In this document: in pieces, positions 27,300-38,747 of the stretch
How positions within the stretch are numbered: the first letter of the stretch is position 1
Layout of the letters: the number at the start of each line of letters is the position of its first letter
Origin: Escherichia coli
Lineage (GTDB): Bacteria > Pseudomonadota > Gammaproteobacteria > Enterobacterales > Enterobacteriaceae
Strand: one strand, 5' to 3'
Length of the DNA: 64,000 nt
Assembly (NCBI RefSeq): GCF_003334765.1
Contig: NZ_QOWT01000016.1
The notes under the pieces: generated by a model
The model's database searches: none
What the model was told of the DNA's origin: nothing
Seen by the model: only the letters and a program-made list of their open reading frames with translations
Translations under genes and position numbers: made by a program

Positions 27300-28096
27300 C
27301 AATAAACAAAACTCACAGGTGCAGCACCCGCCGGATGCGGCAAAATACCCATCGGGATGCCATAAATCATTTCGAGGGTTTCGCCGCGCATAATTTCCGC
27401 AGGCGTTCCCTGAGCAATCATTTCACCGCCGCGCAGGGCGACCAGATAATCACAGTAGCGTGCCGCCATATTGATATCGTGCAACACGGCAATGACCGTC
27501 AGGCCACGCTCCTGACTTAAACGGTGCACCAGCGACAGCACATCAACCTGGTGGGCGATATCCAGCGCCGAGGTCGGTTCGTCGAGCAACAGACAACGGC
27601 TATCCTGCGCCACCAGCATGGCGATCCACGCCCGCTGACGTTCGCCGCCAGAGAGACTATCGACCAGCCGATGCGCCAGCGGTTTTAAGCCAACCAGCGA
27701 GATAGCTTCCTCGACTTTTTCGCGATCTGCCGCCCCAAAGCGCCCCAGCGCGCCATGCCACGGGTAACGACCAATCGCCACCAGTTCACGCACGGTCATC
27801 CCTTCTGCCGGAGGAAGCTGCTGCGGCAAATAAGCCACTTTGCGGGCAAACGCTTTGCTGCTCCAGCTTTCCAGCGGTTGGGCATCAAGAAGAATCTCCC
27901 CTTCCGACGGCGGCTGATGACGGCCAAGCATTTTGAGCAGAGTGGATTTACCAGAACCGTTGTGACCAATCAGACCGGTCACTTTCCCGGCAGGAAAGGT
28001 TAACGACAGCGGATGCAAAAGCGTGCGCCCGGGCACACGAAAGGAGATATTACGCAGTGCAAAAGTGGTATCGGAATGATTCGTGTATTCCTGCAT
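27299..28096 (-). CDS. fhuC: Ferric hydroxamate ABC transporter ATPase
   Basis: Start placed at ATG 28094-28096 (MQEYTNHSDTTFALRNISF...), 265 aa; Walker A GHNGSGKST. Confidence 0.92.
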   Translation of the reverse strand: MQEYTNHSDTTFALRNISFRVPGRTLLHPLSLTFPAGKVTGLIGHNGSGKSTLLKMLGRHQPPSEGEILLDAQPLESWSSKAFARKVAYLPQQLPPAEGMTVRELVAIGRYPWHGALGRFGAADREKVEEAISLVGLKPLAHRLVDSLSGGERQRAWIAMLVAQDSRCLLLDEPTSALDIAHQVDVLSLVHRLSQERGLTVIAVLHDINMAARYCDYLVALRGGEMIAQGTPAEIMRGETLEMIYGIPMGILPHPAGAAPVSFVY

Positions 28097-28146
28097 AACA
28101 GCCAACTTGTGAAATGGGCACGGAAATCCGTGCCCCAAAAGAGAAA

Positions 28147-30390
28147 TTAGAAACGGAAGGTTGCGGTTGCAACGACCTGACGTTCTGCGCCCCAGAAGCA
28201 GCCATAAGTGTTAAAGCAGCTGGCGACGTATTCACGATCGAACAGGTTGTTAACATGCAGCGCCACGTTGGAGCCAGCCATGCCGACTCGCGCCAGATCA
28301 TAACGTACTAACGCATCCACGACCGTATAACTTCCCACTTTAAAGGAGTTAGCCGGATCACCATAACTGGAGCCAGTATAACGACCACCGGTGCCCAGCG
28401 TCAGACCTGAAAGCGGACCGTCAAAGAAGGTGTAGTCAGCCCACAACGAAGCCATGTGTTTTGGCACCTGTGCAGGCGTATTGCCTTTATAGGTAGTATC
28501 GGTGGTGTATTCCGCATCGGTGTAAGTATAAGAACCGACTACGTTAACACTCGCCGACAGCGCCGCTTTCGCTTCGATTTCTACGCCACGTGCGCGGATC
28601 TCGCCACCTTCAACCGAGAAGAAGGAACCCTCAGGGTCCGCCATCAGGTTGTTGGTTTTAGTGAGATTATACACGGCACCAGTAACTACAATCGGACGAT
28701 CTTCCGGTACATATTTCACGCCGACTTCATACTGCTTACCTTTAGACGGTGCGAAAATATTACCATCCTTCCCAACTTGCGAAGAAGGTTCAAACGATTC
28801 GCTATAGCTGAAGTAAGGTGTTACACCATTATCAAACAGGTAGTTAACACCACCACGCCAGGTAAACTGTTTGTCATCACGTTTATCGGTCGTCCCGGCA
28901 ACGCGGTTAAGAGATTCTTGATCTGCCCAGTCATAACGACCGCCTAGGGTGACCAGCACTTTATCCCACTGCGCCTGATCCTGAACATAAACGCCCGTTT
29001 GTTTCTGTTTATTCAGAATGCGGTAAGGGCCGGAGTTTGCCGGATCTTTGGCATTGAAGTCGAAATCGGTATTCACCGGATTGTACAGATTGAGCAGTGG
29101 CACAGAGTCGTCGTAACCAAACCAGGCGTTGATGTCATTACGCATACGCATAAAGTCGACACCGGTCAGCAGGGTGTGGTCGATATCGCCAGTGGCAAAC
29201 TTGCTCTGCAACTGGGTATCAACGGAGAAGTTTTGCAGCTTCTCATCATCAACGACGTATTTACGTGCCAGATAATGGCCTTTATCCGCTGGCGCTAATG
29301 CCGCACACTGTTTGCTGTAAGCATTCGCCGGATCGGAGCAGACGCCGTAACCATAAACGCTGTTTTGCGAGGTTTTGTTTTCAGCAAAGCGCAGGTTCTG
29401 ACGCACAGTAAAGGTGTCGTTAAATTCGTGATCGAAGCTGTAGCCGACCATCTTCTCATTACGAGAATAGGTGTTGTTCTTCGCCCCTTCATTAAAGTCT
29501 GTCGGCAGACGCTTACCGTTCGGCAGCGGCTCAACGGTTCCCTCTTTCGGCAACCAGCCGTAATAACCGGTTTCCGGCTCGTTCTGGAAGTAAGAAAGGA
29601 AGGTAAAATTGGTTTTATCATCCGGACGCCAGGTGAACGCCGGTGCAATAGCATAACGCTGCTCTTCTGACCCTTTCTGCTGGGCATTGGCAGAACGCGC
29701 AAGACCGGTCAGGCGATAAGAGTAAACACCGTCATCATCCAACGAATCGCTAAAGTCAAAACCAGTCTGGAACAGGCTGTCAGTACCGGCTTTAAACTGA
29801 ACTTCTTTCAGCGGTTCGGTGGTCGGACGCTTGCTGACCATATTCAACAGGCCGCCAGGACTGCTTTTACCGTAAAGCACGGAAACCGGGCCACGCATAA
29901 TTTCAGCGCGTTCCAGCATATACGGGTCAATGACCGCATCGTTATAGAAGTTGCCCTGCAACTTCAGGCCATTCAGATAGTTATTCTGGCTTTGGCCTTC
30001 TGCCGCAAAGCCGCGAATGATCAGGTGGTCATAGGTGTTGGATGCGCCACGCGTACCAACAGAGACACCCGGCGTGTAGCTAAGCGCTTCTTTTACCGAC
30101 TTCGGCTGATGCAGCGCCATCTCTTCGGCGGTCACAACAGAAATAGACTGTGGCACTTTTTGAATCGGCGTATCGGTTTTAGTGCCGGTAGCAGACTGTC
30201 GCGCCGCAATAGTTGCAGCAGGCCCCCATGCGCTTTCTTGCGGCGCAGGTGCAGCGGTAACGGTGATAGTGTCTTCTTTCGGTTCAACCGCTGCCTGTGC
30301 ATAAACAGACATGCCGCTAACCGCTGTGGCTACTACAACTGCGATTTTACGCAGTGAGTGTTTTGGCTGAGCAGTTTTGGAACGCGCCAT
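28147..30390 (-). CDS. fhuA: TonB-dependent outer-membrane ferrichrome receptor
   Basis: 747-aa ORF with signal peptide, N-terminal TonB-box-like DTITV, C-terminal aromatic residue. Confidence 0.95.
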   Translation of the reverse strand: MARSKTAQPKHSLRKIAVVVATAVSGMSVYAQAAVEPKEDTITVTAAPAPQESAWGPAATIAARQSATGTKTDTPIQKVPQSISVVTAEEMALHQPKSVKEALSYTPGVSVGTRGASNTYDHLIIRGFAAEGQSQNNYLNGLKLQGNFYNDAVIDPYMLERAEIMRGPVSVLYGKSSPGGLLNMVSKRPTTEPLKEVQFKAGTDSLFQTGFDFSDSLDDDGVYSYRLTGLARSANAQQKGSEEQRYAIAPAFTWRPDDKTNFTFLSYFQNEPETGYYGWLPKEGTVEPLPNGKRLPTDFNEGAKNNTYSRNEKMVGYSFDHEFNDTFTVRQNLRFAENKTSQNSVYGYGVCSDPANAYSKQCAALAPADKGHYLARKYVVDDEKLQNFSVDTQLQSKFATGDIDHTLLTGVDFMRMRNDINAWFGYDDSVPLLNLYNPVNTDFDFNAKDPANSGPYRILNKQKQTGVYVQDQAQWDKVLVTLGGRYDWADQESLNRVAGTTDKRDDKQFTWRGGVNYLFDNGVTPYFSYSESFEPSSQVGKDGNIFAPSKGKQYEVGVKYVPEDRPIVVTGAVYNLTKTNNLMADPEGSFFSVEGGEIRARGVEIEAKAALSASVNVVGSYTYTDAEYTTDTTYKGNTPAQVPKHMASLWADYTFFDGPLSGLTLGTGGRYTGSSYGDPANSFKVGSYTVVDALVRYDLARVGMAGSNVALHVNNLFDREYVASCFNTYGCFWGAERQVVATATFRF

Positions 30391-30429
30391 TGGTATATCT
30401 CTGATGTAAAGTGAATGATAACGTAAACG

Positions 30430-30462
30430 AGAATGATTATTATAAAGATAAGATAATATTCG
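30430..30462 (-). promoter_or_regulatory. Fur-box-like operator in fhuA promoter
   Basis: Minus-strand ttatctttataataatcattctc resembles the GATAATGATAATCATTATC consensus, 40-70 bp upstream of fhuA start. Confidence 0.5.
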
Positions 30463-30609
30463 AAACGCTGGCGGGTTCGCAAGCGGTACGCAATCTGAGC
30501 GTTCCTGAAGGGTTAATAAACAACCAGATGAAAAGAAAGGGTTAATATCTTAGATGGGATGTTATTTTACCGGATGGCAACTCGCCATCCGGTATTTCAC
30601 GCTTAGATG

Positions 30610-33144
30610 TTAATTACTACCAAACATATCCTTGATCCAACCGGCTACACCGTCGCTGTCTTTCTGCTCTTGCTGAGCAGGTTGCTGTTGCGGCTGTTGC
30701 TGCGGCTGAGAAGACTGATCAAACGGATTGCCTGACGGCTGCTGCTGCATCTCGCTCTGCTGGCACAGCGATTGCGGATCGCTGGTCCAGACCGGCAAGA
30801 TACGCATGCCACCGCTGCAAACAAAGTTGCCGTCGTAGTCCACGCCCATATCTGCAATATCTTCTGGCGGAACAAGATTCAGCGGCGTTGGCGTCTGGTT
30901 AGCCAGATAACGCTGATAAATCGACATTGCCCCGCTGGCACCATACAGTTTGGTCGGCTGGTTGTTATCACGGCCGACCCAGGTGATGGTCACCGTGCTG
31001 CCGTCAATGCCCGCAAACCAGGTATCTACGTTATTGTTGGTAGTCCCTGTTTTCCCTGCCAGATGCAGGTTCGGGTATTTCGCCCCAAGCTGACGACCCG
31101 TACCGCGTTGTACCACCTGCTGCATGGTCCATAGTGTCAGATACGCCGCCTGCGCCGGAACAGCGCGTTCCGCCTGCGGGAAGCTCTGATACAGCACTTT
31201 GCCATCTTCCGCGATTACCGAACGCAGCGCAGAAAGCGGTGCACGGTTACCACCGCTGGCGATGGTCTGGAATGCCTGCGCCACTTCGATTGGCGTTAAG
31301 TTCAACGCCCCCAGCAGCATTGCCGGAACCGGATGCAACTGATCTTTCGGTACGCCCAGTTTAATCCAGGTCTCCGTAACCGCAGGCAGCCCCAGCGCCA
31401 TCCCCAGATTTACCGTCGGCACGTTCATCGAACGGGTCAACGCATCCACCAGCATCACTCTGCCGCTTTCGCTATAACGACGGTCATCATTCTGCGGTGA
31501 CCAGACCTGGCCATTCGGCTGACGCAGCGCAATTGGCGCATCCGCAATCCACGTATTCAGACGATAGATTTTCGGCTGGCTTAAGGCCGTCAGATAAGTC
31601 GCTGGTTTTGCAAGGGAACCAATCGAACGACGCGCCTGCATCGCACGGTTGTAGCCCGCAAACTGCGGCTCAGAACCTCCGACCATCGCACGAACTTCAC
31701 CACTAAAGCGGTCGACGACCACAATCGCAGTTTCAAGATCGCTCAACTTACGCTGTTTCTTCAGTGCCGGAATGCCTTCCACGGCGGCTTTTTCTGCCGC
31801 GTCCTGGGCCACCGAGTCAAAGGTAGTGAAGATCTTCACGCCGGAGAGATCTTTTACCTTATCGCCCAGTTTTGCCTGCAGCTCCTGACGCACCAGTTGC
31901 ATAAAGGCTGGCTGAGGAGAGATCACCCCACCGCGCGGCTGAACCCCCAGCGGACGGGCACTCAACATGTCATAGAGTTCTTGATCAATAATCTGTTGCT
32001 GTTGCAGCAGACGCAGCACCAGATTACGTCGCTCCAGCGCCAGTTTTGGGTTACGCCACGGGTTGTAGATGGACGCCCCTTTCACCATACCGACTAACAG
32101 CGCCTGCTGGTCGAGGCTTAGCTCTTCTACCGGGCGACCAAAGTAATACAAGCTTGCCAGCGGGAAGCCGCGGATTTCGTTGTCGCCGCTCTGACCGAGA
32201 TACACCTCGTTCATATACAGCTCAAGAATACGGTCTTTGCTGTAACGCGCGTCCATGATCAGCGCCATGTAAGCTTCGTTCGCTTTACGCCAGTAAGAAC
32301 GCTCGCTGGAGAGGAACAGGTTTTTCACCAGCTGTTGCGTCAGCGTACTCGCACCCTGTACCGTGCGTCCGGCGGTCAGGTTTGCCAGCACCGCACGTCC
32401 GATTGAGTAGAGACTGATTCCATCATGCTCGTAAAAATGACGGTCTTCTGTCGCCAGCAAAGTATCCACCAGCAAATCCGGGAAACCACTGCGCGGCACA
32501 AACAGACGCTGCTCACCGTTTGGCGAAGAGATCATGGTGATCAGACGCGGATCAAGACGGAAGAAACCGAACTGACGGTTGTTCTCCATATTGACGATCG
32601 TCGCCAGATGATCGCCATCAAAGGTCAGACGCGCGCGCACCTGTCCTTCTTTACTGTCCGGGAAATCAAACGGACGGCGAATCATCTCAATGCTGTTGGC
32701 CTGCACGGTAAATTCGCCAGGACGGGTCATTTTCGACACCTGACGATACTGGGTCGCCTCCAGCAGCTTCACCATCTCGTTCTTGCTGATGGTCATGTCT
32801 GGCTCAAGATTGACCATTCGGCCATAAACTGCCGCAGGCAGTTGCCAGACCTTGCCATCAATACGGCTACGAATTTTTTGATCGAGATAAACGCCGTAAA
32901 TGGCGATCAGCACGGCAAAAACGATAGCCAGTTTTAGCAGTAGCCATAGCCAGCCGCGTTTGCCACGAGGCTTACGCCCTTTGCCTTTGCCCTTACCTTT
33001 GCGCGGCATCGGTTCTTCATCCTCATAGTCATCATAATCGTCGTAATCATCGTCATCTTCGTAACGACGACGGCTTACCTTTTGTTTGACCGGACGCGTC
33101 GGTTTCCCTTTGCGTCCAATTGGCTCGCGGTCATTCCCGGCCAT
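30610..33144 (-). CDS. mrcB: Penicillin-binding protein 1b (bifunctional glycosyltransferase/transpeptidase)
   Basis: Start placed at ATG 33142-33144 ([14 protein letters not shown]...), 844 aa; acidic then basic N-terminal tail, TM segment, transpeptidase motifs. Confidence 0.93.
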   Translation of the reverse strand: MAGNDREPIGRKGKPTRPVKQKVSRRRYEDDDDYDDYDDYEDEEPMPRKGKGKGKGRKPRGKRGWLWLLLKLAIVFAVLIAIYGVYLDQKIRSRIDGKVWQLPAAVYGRMVNLEPDMTISKNEMVKLLEATQYRQVSKMTRPGEFTVQANSIEMIRRPFDFPDSKEGQVRARLTFDGDHLATIVNMENNRQFGFFRLDPRLITMISSPNGEQRLFVPRSGFPDLLVDTLLATEDRHFYEHDGISLYSIGRAVLANLTAGRTVQGASTLTQQLVKNLFLSSERSYWRKANEAYMALIMDARYSKDRILELYMNEVYLGQSGDNEIRGFPLASLYYFGRPVEELSLDQQALLVGMVKGASIYNPWRNPKLALERRNLVLRLLQQQQIIDQELYDMLSARPLGVQPRGGVISPQPAFMQLVRQELQAKLGDKVKDLSGVKIFTTFDSVAQDAAEKAAVEGIPALKKQRKLSDLETAIVVVDRFSGEVRAMVGGSEPQFAGYNRAMQARRSIGSLAKPATYLTALSQPKIYRLNTWIADAPIALRQPNGQVWSPQNDDRRYSESGRVMLVDALTRSMNVPTVNLGMALGLPAVTETWIKLGVPKDQLHPVPAMLLGALNLTPIEVAQAFQTIASGGNRAPLSALRSVIAEDGKVLYQSFPQAERAVPAQAAYLTLWTMQQVVQRGTGRQLGAKYPNLHLAGKTGTTNNNVDTWFAGIDGSTVTITWVGRDNNQPTKLYGASGAMSIYQRYLANQTPTPLNLVPPEDIADMGVDYDGNFVCSGGMRILPVWTSDPQSLCQQSEMQQQPSGNPFDQSSQPQQQPQQQPAQQEQKDSDGVAGWIKDMFGSN

Positions 33145-33241
33145 GCTTTTTCTCCGCAATATTCAGGCGCAAAAGCCCGATTTTCTGTTCTTCTGTTACA
33201 AGACAGAAGAAGATATCTCTCAAAATTTGTGCTCGATCGGT

Positions 33242-33331
33242 CCCCTCTCCCTTGAGGGAGAGGGTTAGGGTGAGGGTGAACGTGCGCGCTGATGCCCTCA
33301 CCCCGGCCCTCTCCCACAGGGAGAGGGAGAA
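33242..33331. repeat. Pair of inverted about 40-bp palindromic intergenic repeat units
   Basis: cccctctcccttgagggagagggttagggtgagggtgaa (33242-33280) and gccctcaccccggccctctcccacagggagagggagaa (33293-33331) are near reverse complements; each contains a ccctctccc/gggagaggg hairpin. Confidence 0.75.
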
Positions 33332-33339
33332 AACCAACC

Positions 33340-35769
33340 TTACGAATACTTTTTCGTCCGTCGCGTCGGTGCAGTATTTGCCGGGTCGTCCGGCCAGACA
33401 TGTTTGGGATAACGCCCTTTCATCTCTTTTTGCACCTCACGGTACGCTCCTTTCCAGAAGGCGCTCAAATCTCGTGTGATTTGTAATGGCCTTTGGGCAG
33501 GTGAAAGCAACTCCAGCACCAGCGGCACGCGCCCCTGGGCGATCGTCGGATTGGTGGCCTCGCCAAACATCTCTTGCATTCTCACCGCCAGCGCGGGCGG
33601 GTTATCTTCATGATAACGAATGGCGATCCGGCTTCCCGTCGGCACAGTGTAATGCGCAGGCAATTCACTATCCAGACGTTGCTGCATTCCCCAATCAAGT
33701 AATCCGCGTAGTGCCTGATAAATGTCGAGTGATTTCAGGCCGCGTAGTGAATGTACGCCAGTCATATGTGGCAGCAGCCACGTTTCCAGCGCTGCCAATA
33801 AACTTTCATCATCAACCGCTGGCCAGTCATATTCCGGCAACCACTTTGCGGCGCATAACAAACGCAAGCGTAGCTGTTCCGCTTCCGCCGTCCAGTTGAG
33901 CACGCTTAAACCTTTATCACGGATGCCATTAAGCATCGCCTGATGCAACTCGTCTTCTGACGGTTTCGCCAGCGGCTGCACTTTCACCGTCAACTGACCG
34001 ATTTGTAGCCGACGCCAGGCTTTCAGCGTACCTTGCGCGTCATCCCACTCCACAGTGTCAGACTGCTGTACCAGCTGCGGGCAGCGTTGTACTAACTCAT
34101 CAATATCGACCAGCAGCGCCAGTAAAATCCGCGCATCCGGCGAGGCGCTGCCCTGCAATAATAACGGTGCGATCAACCATTCGTGGCGGCTTAGCGCGTC
34201 GTTGGCATCGAGCATCGCTCCCATGCCGTTTGCCAGTTGATAGCGTCCATCTTGCCCACGGCGACGAGCAATGCGATCGGCAAACGCCCCGGCAAGTAGC
34301 GGCGCGATAAGCGAACTGTCTGCCTCACCGCCACGTACGTTTAAGCGTTTTAACAGTTGCTGACTACGTTGCTGCCAGGCTGGTTGATTGCGCGAAAACG
34401 CCACGCCCAGGTCACTATTGCCCATCCGTGGCGGCTCTTCGAGAATGGCGGCAATTTTTGCCGCGGTAGCAGCTTCGTCGTCGTTCTTCGCGCTAACCAG
34501 CATTGCCGCTAAACGCGGATCGTTACCCAGCGCTGCCATTTTTTGCCCTTGCGCACTAAGCCGTTCACCCTCCAGTGCCCCCAGCATTTGTAACAGACGT
34601 TTCGCGGCCAGTAGATTCACTACTGGCGGTTGATCCAGCCAGCTCATCTGCGCCGGATCGCTGCATCCCCATTGCAGTAATTCCATCAGCAAACCGGAAA
34701 GATCGCTTTGTAAGATCTCCGGTTCACTTTGCGCCGCGGCGCGTTCTGCTTGTTCTTTGGCGATTAAATGCAGGCTGATACCCGGCTCCAGACGCCCGGC
34801 GCGCCCGGCACGCTGCGTCATGGATGCCTGGCTAACGCGTTGAGTAATCAGTCGCGTAAGCCCCGTGCGCGGATCAAAACGCGCCACACGCTCCTGGGCA
34901 CAATCCACCACCAGACGAATACCTTCAATGGTTAAACTGGTTTCAGCAATATTGGTCGCCAGCACCACTTTGCGCATCCCTTGCGGTGCCGGGAGGATCG
35001 CTTTTCGCTGATCGTTCAGCGACAACGCGCCATACAGCGGGCAGAGCAATACATCACTGCCGATGCGCGAAGCCAGTTGTTCCTGCACACGCTGAATTTC
35101 TCCGACGCCAGGTAAAAATAACAGTAATGATCCGCTTTCCTGACGCAGCATTTCAGCGGTGGCTACCGCAACGGCATCGTCAAAACGCTGATGCGCGGGC
35201 AGCGGTAAATAACGGCGTTCAACCGGAAACGAGCGCCCTTCTGAGATGACGACAGGCGCTTCTGGCAGCATTTGCTGCAAGCGGTCGTTGTCCAGGGTAG
35301 CCGACATAATCAGCAGTTTAAGGTCATCACGCAGACCTTGTTGCACATCGAGTAACAGCGCCAACGCCAAATCCGCCTGCAAGCTGCGCTCATGAAATTC
35401 ATCAAGGATCACCAGTCCAACACCGCTCAGTTCCGGGTCACGCTGGATCATGCGCGTCAGCACGCCTTCGGTAACCACTTCCAGGCGGGTATTCGGCCCG
35501 ACGCAGTTTTGCGCACGCATCCGGTAGCCAACGGTATCGCCTGGCTTTTCGTTAAGCAGCTCCGCCAGCCGTTGCGCGACGTTACGCGCCGCCAGACGAC
35601 GCGGCTCCAGCAGGATAATTTTCCCGTTAATGCCGGGATGCGCCAGCAGTTGCAGCGGCAGCCAGGTTGATTTCCCGGCCCCGGTCGGCGCACTTAATAA
35701 TACCTGCGGCGCACAATCGAGAGCGGTAAGTAATTCAGGTAAGACGGCAGCAACGGGCAACGACGACAC
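33340..35769 (-). CDS. hrpB: DEAH-box ATP-dependent RNA helicase HrpB
   Basis: ORF track extends to 35814, but start placed at GTG 35767-35769 (VSSLPVAAVLPELL...), 809 aa; Walker A GAGKST, DEFH box. Confidence 0.9.
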   Translation of the reverse strand: MSSLPVAAVLPELLTALDCAPQVLLSAPTGAGKSTWLPLQLLAHPGINGKIILLEPRRLAARNVAQRLAELLNEKPGDTVGYRMRAQNCVGPNTRLEVVTEGVLTRMIQRDPELSGVGLVILDEFHERSLQADLALALLLDVQQGLRDDLKLLIMSATLDNDRLQQMLPEAPVVISEGRSFPVERRYLPLPAHQRFDDAVAVATAEMLRQESGSLLLFLPGVGEIQRVQEQLASRIGSDVLLCPLYGALSLNDQRKAILPAPQGMRKVVLATNIAETSLTIEGIRLVVDCAQERVARFDPRTGLTRLITQRVSQASMTQRAGRAGRLEPGISLHLIAKEQAERAAAQSEPEILQSDLSGLLMELLQWGCSDPAQMSWLDQPPVVNLLAAKRLLQMLGALEGERLSAQGQKMAALGNDPRLAAMLVSAKNDDEAATAAKIAAILEEPPRMGNSDLGVAFSRNQPAWQQRSQQLLKRLNVRGGEADSSLIAPLLAGAFADRIARRRGQDGRYQLANGMGAMLDANDALSRHEWLIAPLLLQGSASPDARILLALLVDIDELVQRCPQLVQQSDTVEWDDAQGTLKAWRRLQIGQLTVKVQPLAKPSEDELHQAMLNGIRDKGLSVLNWTAEAEQLRLRLLCAAKWLPEYDWPAVDDESLLAALETWLLPHMTGVHSLRGLKSLDIYQALRGLLDWGMQQRLDSELPAHYTVPTGSRIAIRYHEDNPPALAVRMQEMFGEATNPTIAQGRVPLVLELLSPAQRPLQITRDLSAFWKGAYREVQKEMKGRYPKHVWPDDPANTAPTRRTKKYS

Positions 35770-35842
35770 AAAACGCTCCAGAGGGTTAACATTCTTCGCG
35801 CCACATTGTAGCATCGCGGTAATTCATAACCGAGTGCCTCAC

Positions 35843-37092
<1,250 letters not shown>

Positions 37093-37269
37093 TAAAGTAA
37101 GTAACTGGTTAATTTACATTCTGGTCGCGTGCGCAAATACGCTTTTCCTCACACAGTTGTCAAGTGTTACGTTTAGATAATTGCTATCCGGAAAAGCATC
37201 TGCTATTTATAGCGGCCTCATTTTTCCCCCGAACATGGGGATCGATAGTGCGTGTTAAGGAGAAGCAAC

Positions 37270-37725
37270 ATGCAAGAAGGGCAAAACCGTAAAACATCGT
37301 CCCTGAGTATTCTCGCCATCGCTGGGGTGGAACCATATCAGGAGAAGCCGGGCGAAGAGTATATGAATGAAGCCCAGCTGGCGCACTTCCGTCGTATTCT
37401 GGAAGCATGGCGTAATCAACTCAGGGATGAAGTCGATCGCACCGTTACACATATGCAGGATGAAGCAGCCAACTTCCCGGACCCGGTAGACCGTGCAGCC
37501 CAGGAAGAAGAGTTCAGCCTCGAACTGCGTAACCGCGATCGCGAGCGTAAGCTGATCAAAAAGATCGAGAAGACGCTGAAAAAAGTGGAAGACGAAGATT
37601 TCGGCTACTGCGAATCCTGCGGTGTTGAAATTGGTATTCGCCGTCTGGAAGCGCGCCCGACAGCCGATCTGTGCATCGACTGCAAAACGCTGGCTGAAAT
37701 TCGCGAAAAACAGATGGCTGGCTAA
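37270..37725 (+). CDS. dksA: RNA polymerase-binding transcription factor DksA
   Basis: ATG at 37270 ([19 protein letters not shown]...), 151 aa; C4 zinc finger CESCGVEI...CIDC. Confidence 0.95.
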   Translation: MQEGQNRKTSSLSILAIAGVEPYQEKPGEEYMNEAQLAHFRRILEAWRNQLRDEVDRTVTHMQDEAANFPDPVDRAAQEEEFSLELRNRDRERKLIKKIEKTLKKVEDEDFGYCESCGVEIGIRRLEARPTADLCIDCKTLAEIREKQMAG

Positions 37726-37753
37726 TTACAGCCGTTCCATCACGTTTACCACA

Positions 37754-37782
37754 GGCGGGAAATGCTCCCGCCTTATTTTTTG
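37754..37782 (+). terminator. dksA rho-independent terminator (overlaps the longest gluQ start)
   Basis: ggcggga-aatgc-tcccgcc hairpin followed by ttattttttg; the ATG at 37762 sits in the loop. Confidence 0.75.
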
Positions 37783-38688
37783 TTCAAAGAGATGACAGAC
37801 ACACAGTATATTGGCCGCTTCGCCCCCTCTCCTTCCGGCGAGCTTCATTTTGGCTCTCTGATCGCCGCGCTCGGCAGCTATTTGCAGGCTCGCGCCCGGC
37901 AAGGTCGCTGGCTGGTACGCATAGAAGATATCGACCCGCCTCGTGAAGTTCCCGGTGCCGCAGAAACTATCCTGCGCCAGCTGGAACATTACGGTCTGCA
38001 CTGGGACGGCGATGTTCTCTGGCAATCGCAACGTCACGACGCCTATCGTGAAGCACTCGCCTGGTTACATGAACAAGGACTAAGTTATTACTGCACCTGT
38101 ACGCGTGCGCGTATTCAAAGCATTGGCGGTATTTACGACGGTCATTGCCGGGTGTTGCATCATGGACCAGACAACGCCGCAGTGCGTATCCGCCAGCAGC
38201 ATCCGGTCACGCAATTTACTGACCAGCTGCGCGGCATTATTCACGCCGACGAAAAACTGGCACGGGAAGATTTTATCATTCATCGCCGTGATGGGTTGTT
38301 CGCCTACAACCTGGCTGTTGTGGTTGATGATCATTTCCAGGGCGTTACAGAAATAGTGCGTGGGGCTGATCTGATTGAACCAACAGTAAGGCAAATCTCG
38401 CTGTACCAGCTTTTTGGCTGGAAAGTGCCAGATTACATTCATCTGCCGCTGGCGCTTAATCCACAAGGCGCTAAACTTTCCAAGCAGAATCATGCGCCTG
38501 CGTTGCCGAAAGGCGATCCACGCCCGGTACTAATCGCGGCACTTCAATTTCTGGGGCAGCAGGCAGAAGCACACTGGCAGGATTTCAGCGTCGAGCAAAT
38601 CCTTCAGTCAGCCGTCAAAAACTGGCGGCTTACCGCCGTGCCCGAGTCGGCAATTGTAAATTCAACATTCTCAAATGCGTCATGCTGA
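37762..38688 (+). CDS. gluQ: Glutamyl-Q tRNA(Asp) synthetase (GluRS catalytic-domain paralogue)
   Basis: Longest ORF starts at 37762 (308 aa); alternative in-frame ATG at 37792 ([22 protein letters not shown]...); class I aaRS catalytic region. Confidence 0.85.
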   Translation: MLPPYFLFKEMTDTQYIGRFAPSPSGELHFGSLIAALGSYLQARARQGRWLVRIEDIDPPREVPGAAETILRQLEHYGLHWDGDVLWQSQRHDAYREALAWLHEQGLSYYCTCTRARIQSIGGIYDGHCRVLHHGPDNAAVRIRQQHPVTQFTDQLRGIIHADEKLAREDFIIHRRDGLFAYNLAVVVDDHFQGVTEIVRGADLIEPTVRQISLYQLFGWKVPDYIHLPLALNPQGAKLSKQNHAPALPKGDPRPVLIAALQFLGQQAEAHWQDFSVEQILQSAVKNWRLTAVPESAIVNSTFSNASC

Positions 38689-38747
38689 GCTATGATTAGC
38701 CGCTATTTTTTTGTCCTGAATGATGTTTGACACTACCGAGGTGTACT

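Noticed and set aside
33242-33331. Possible CRISPR array (repeated palindromic units)
   Set aside because: Only two copies, in inverted orientation, with no regular spacers and no cas genes nearby; an intergenic palindromic repeat instead.
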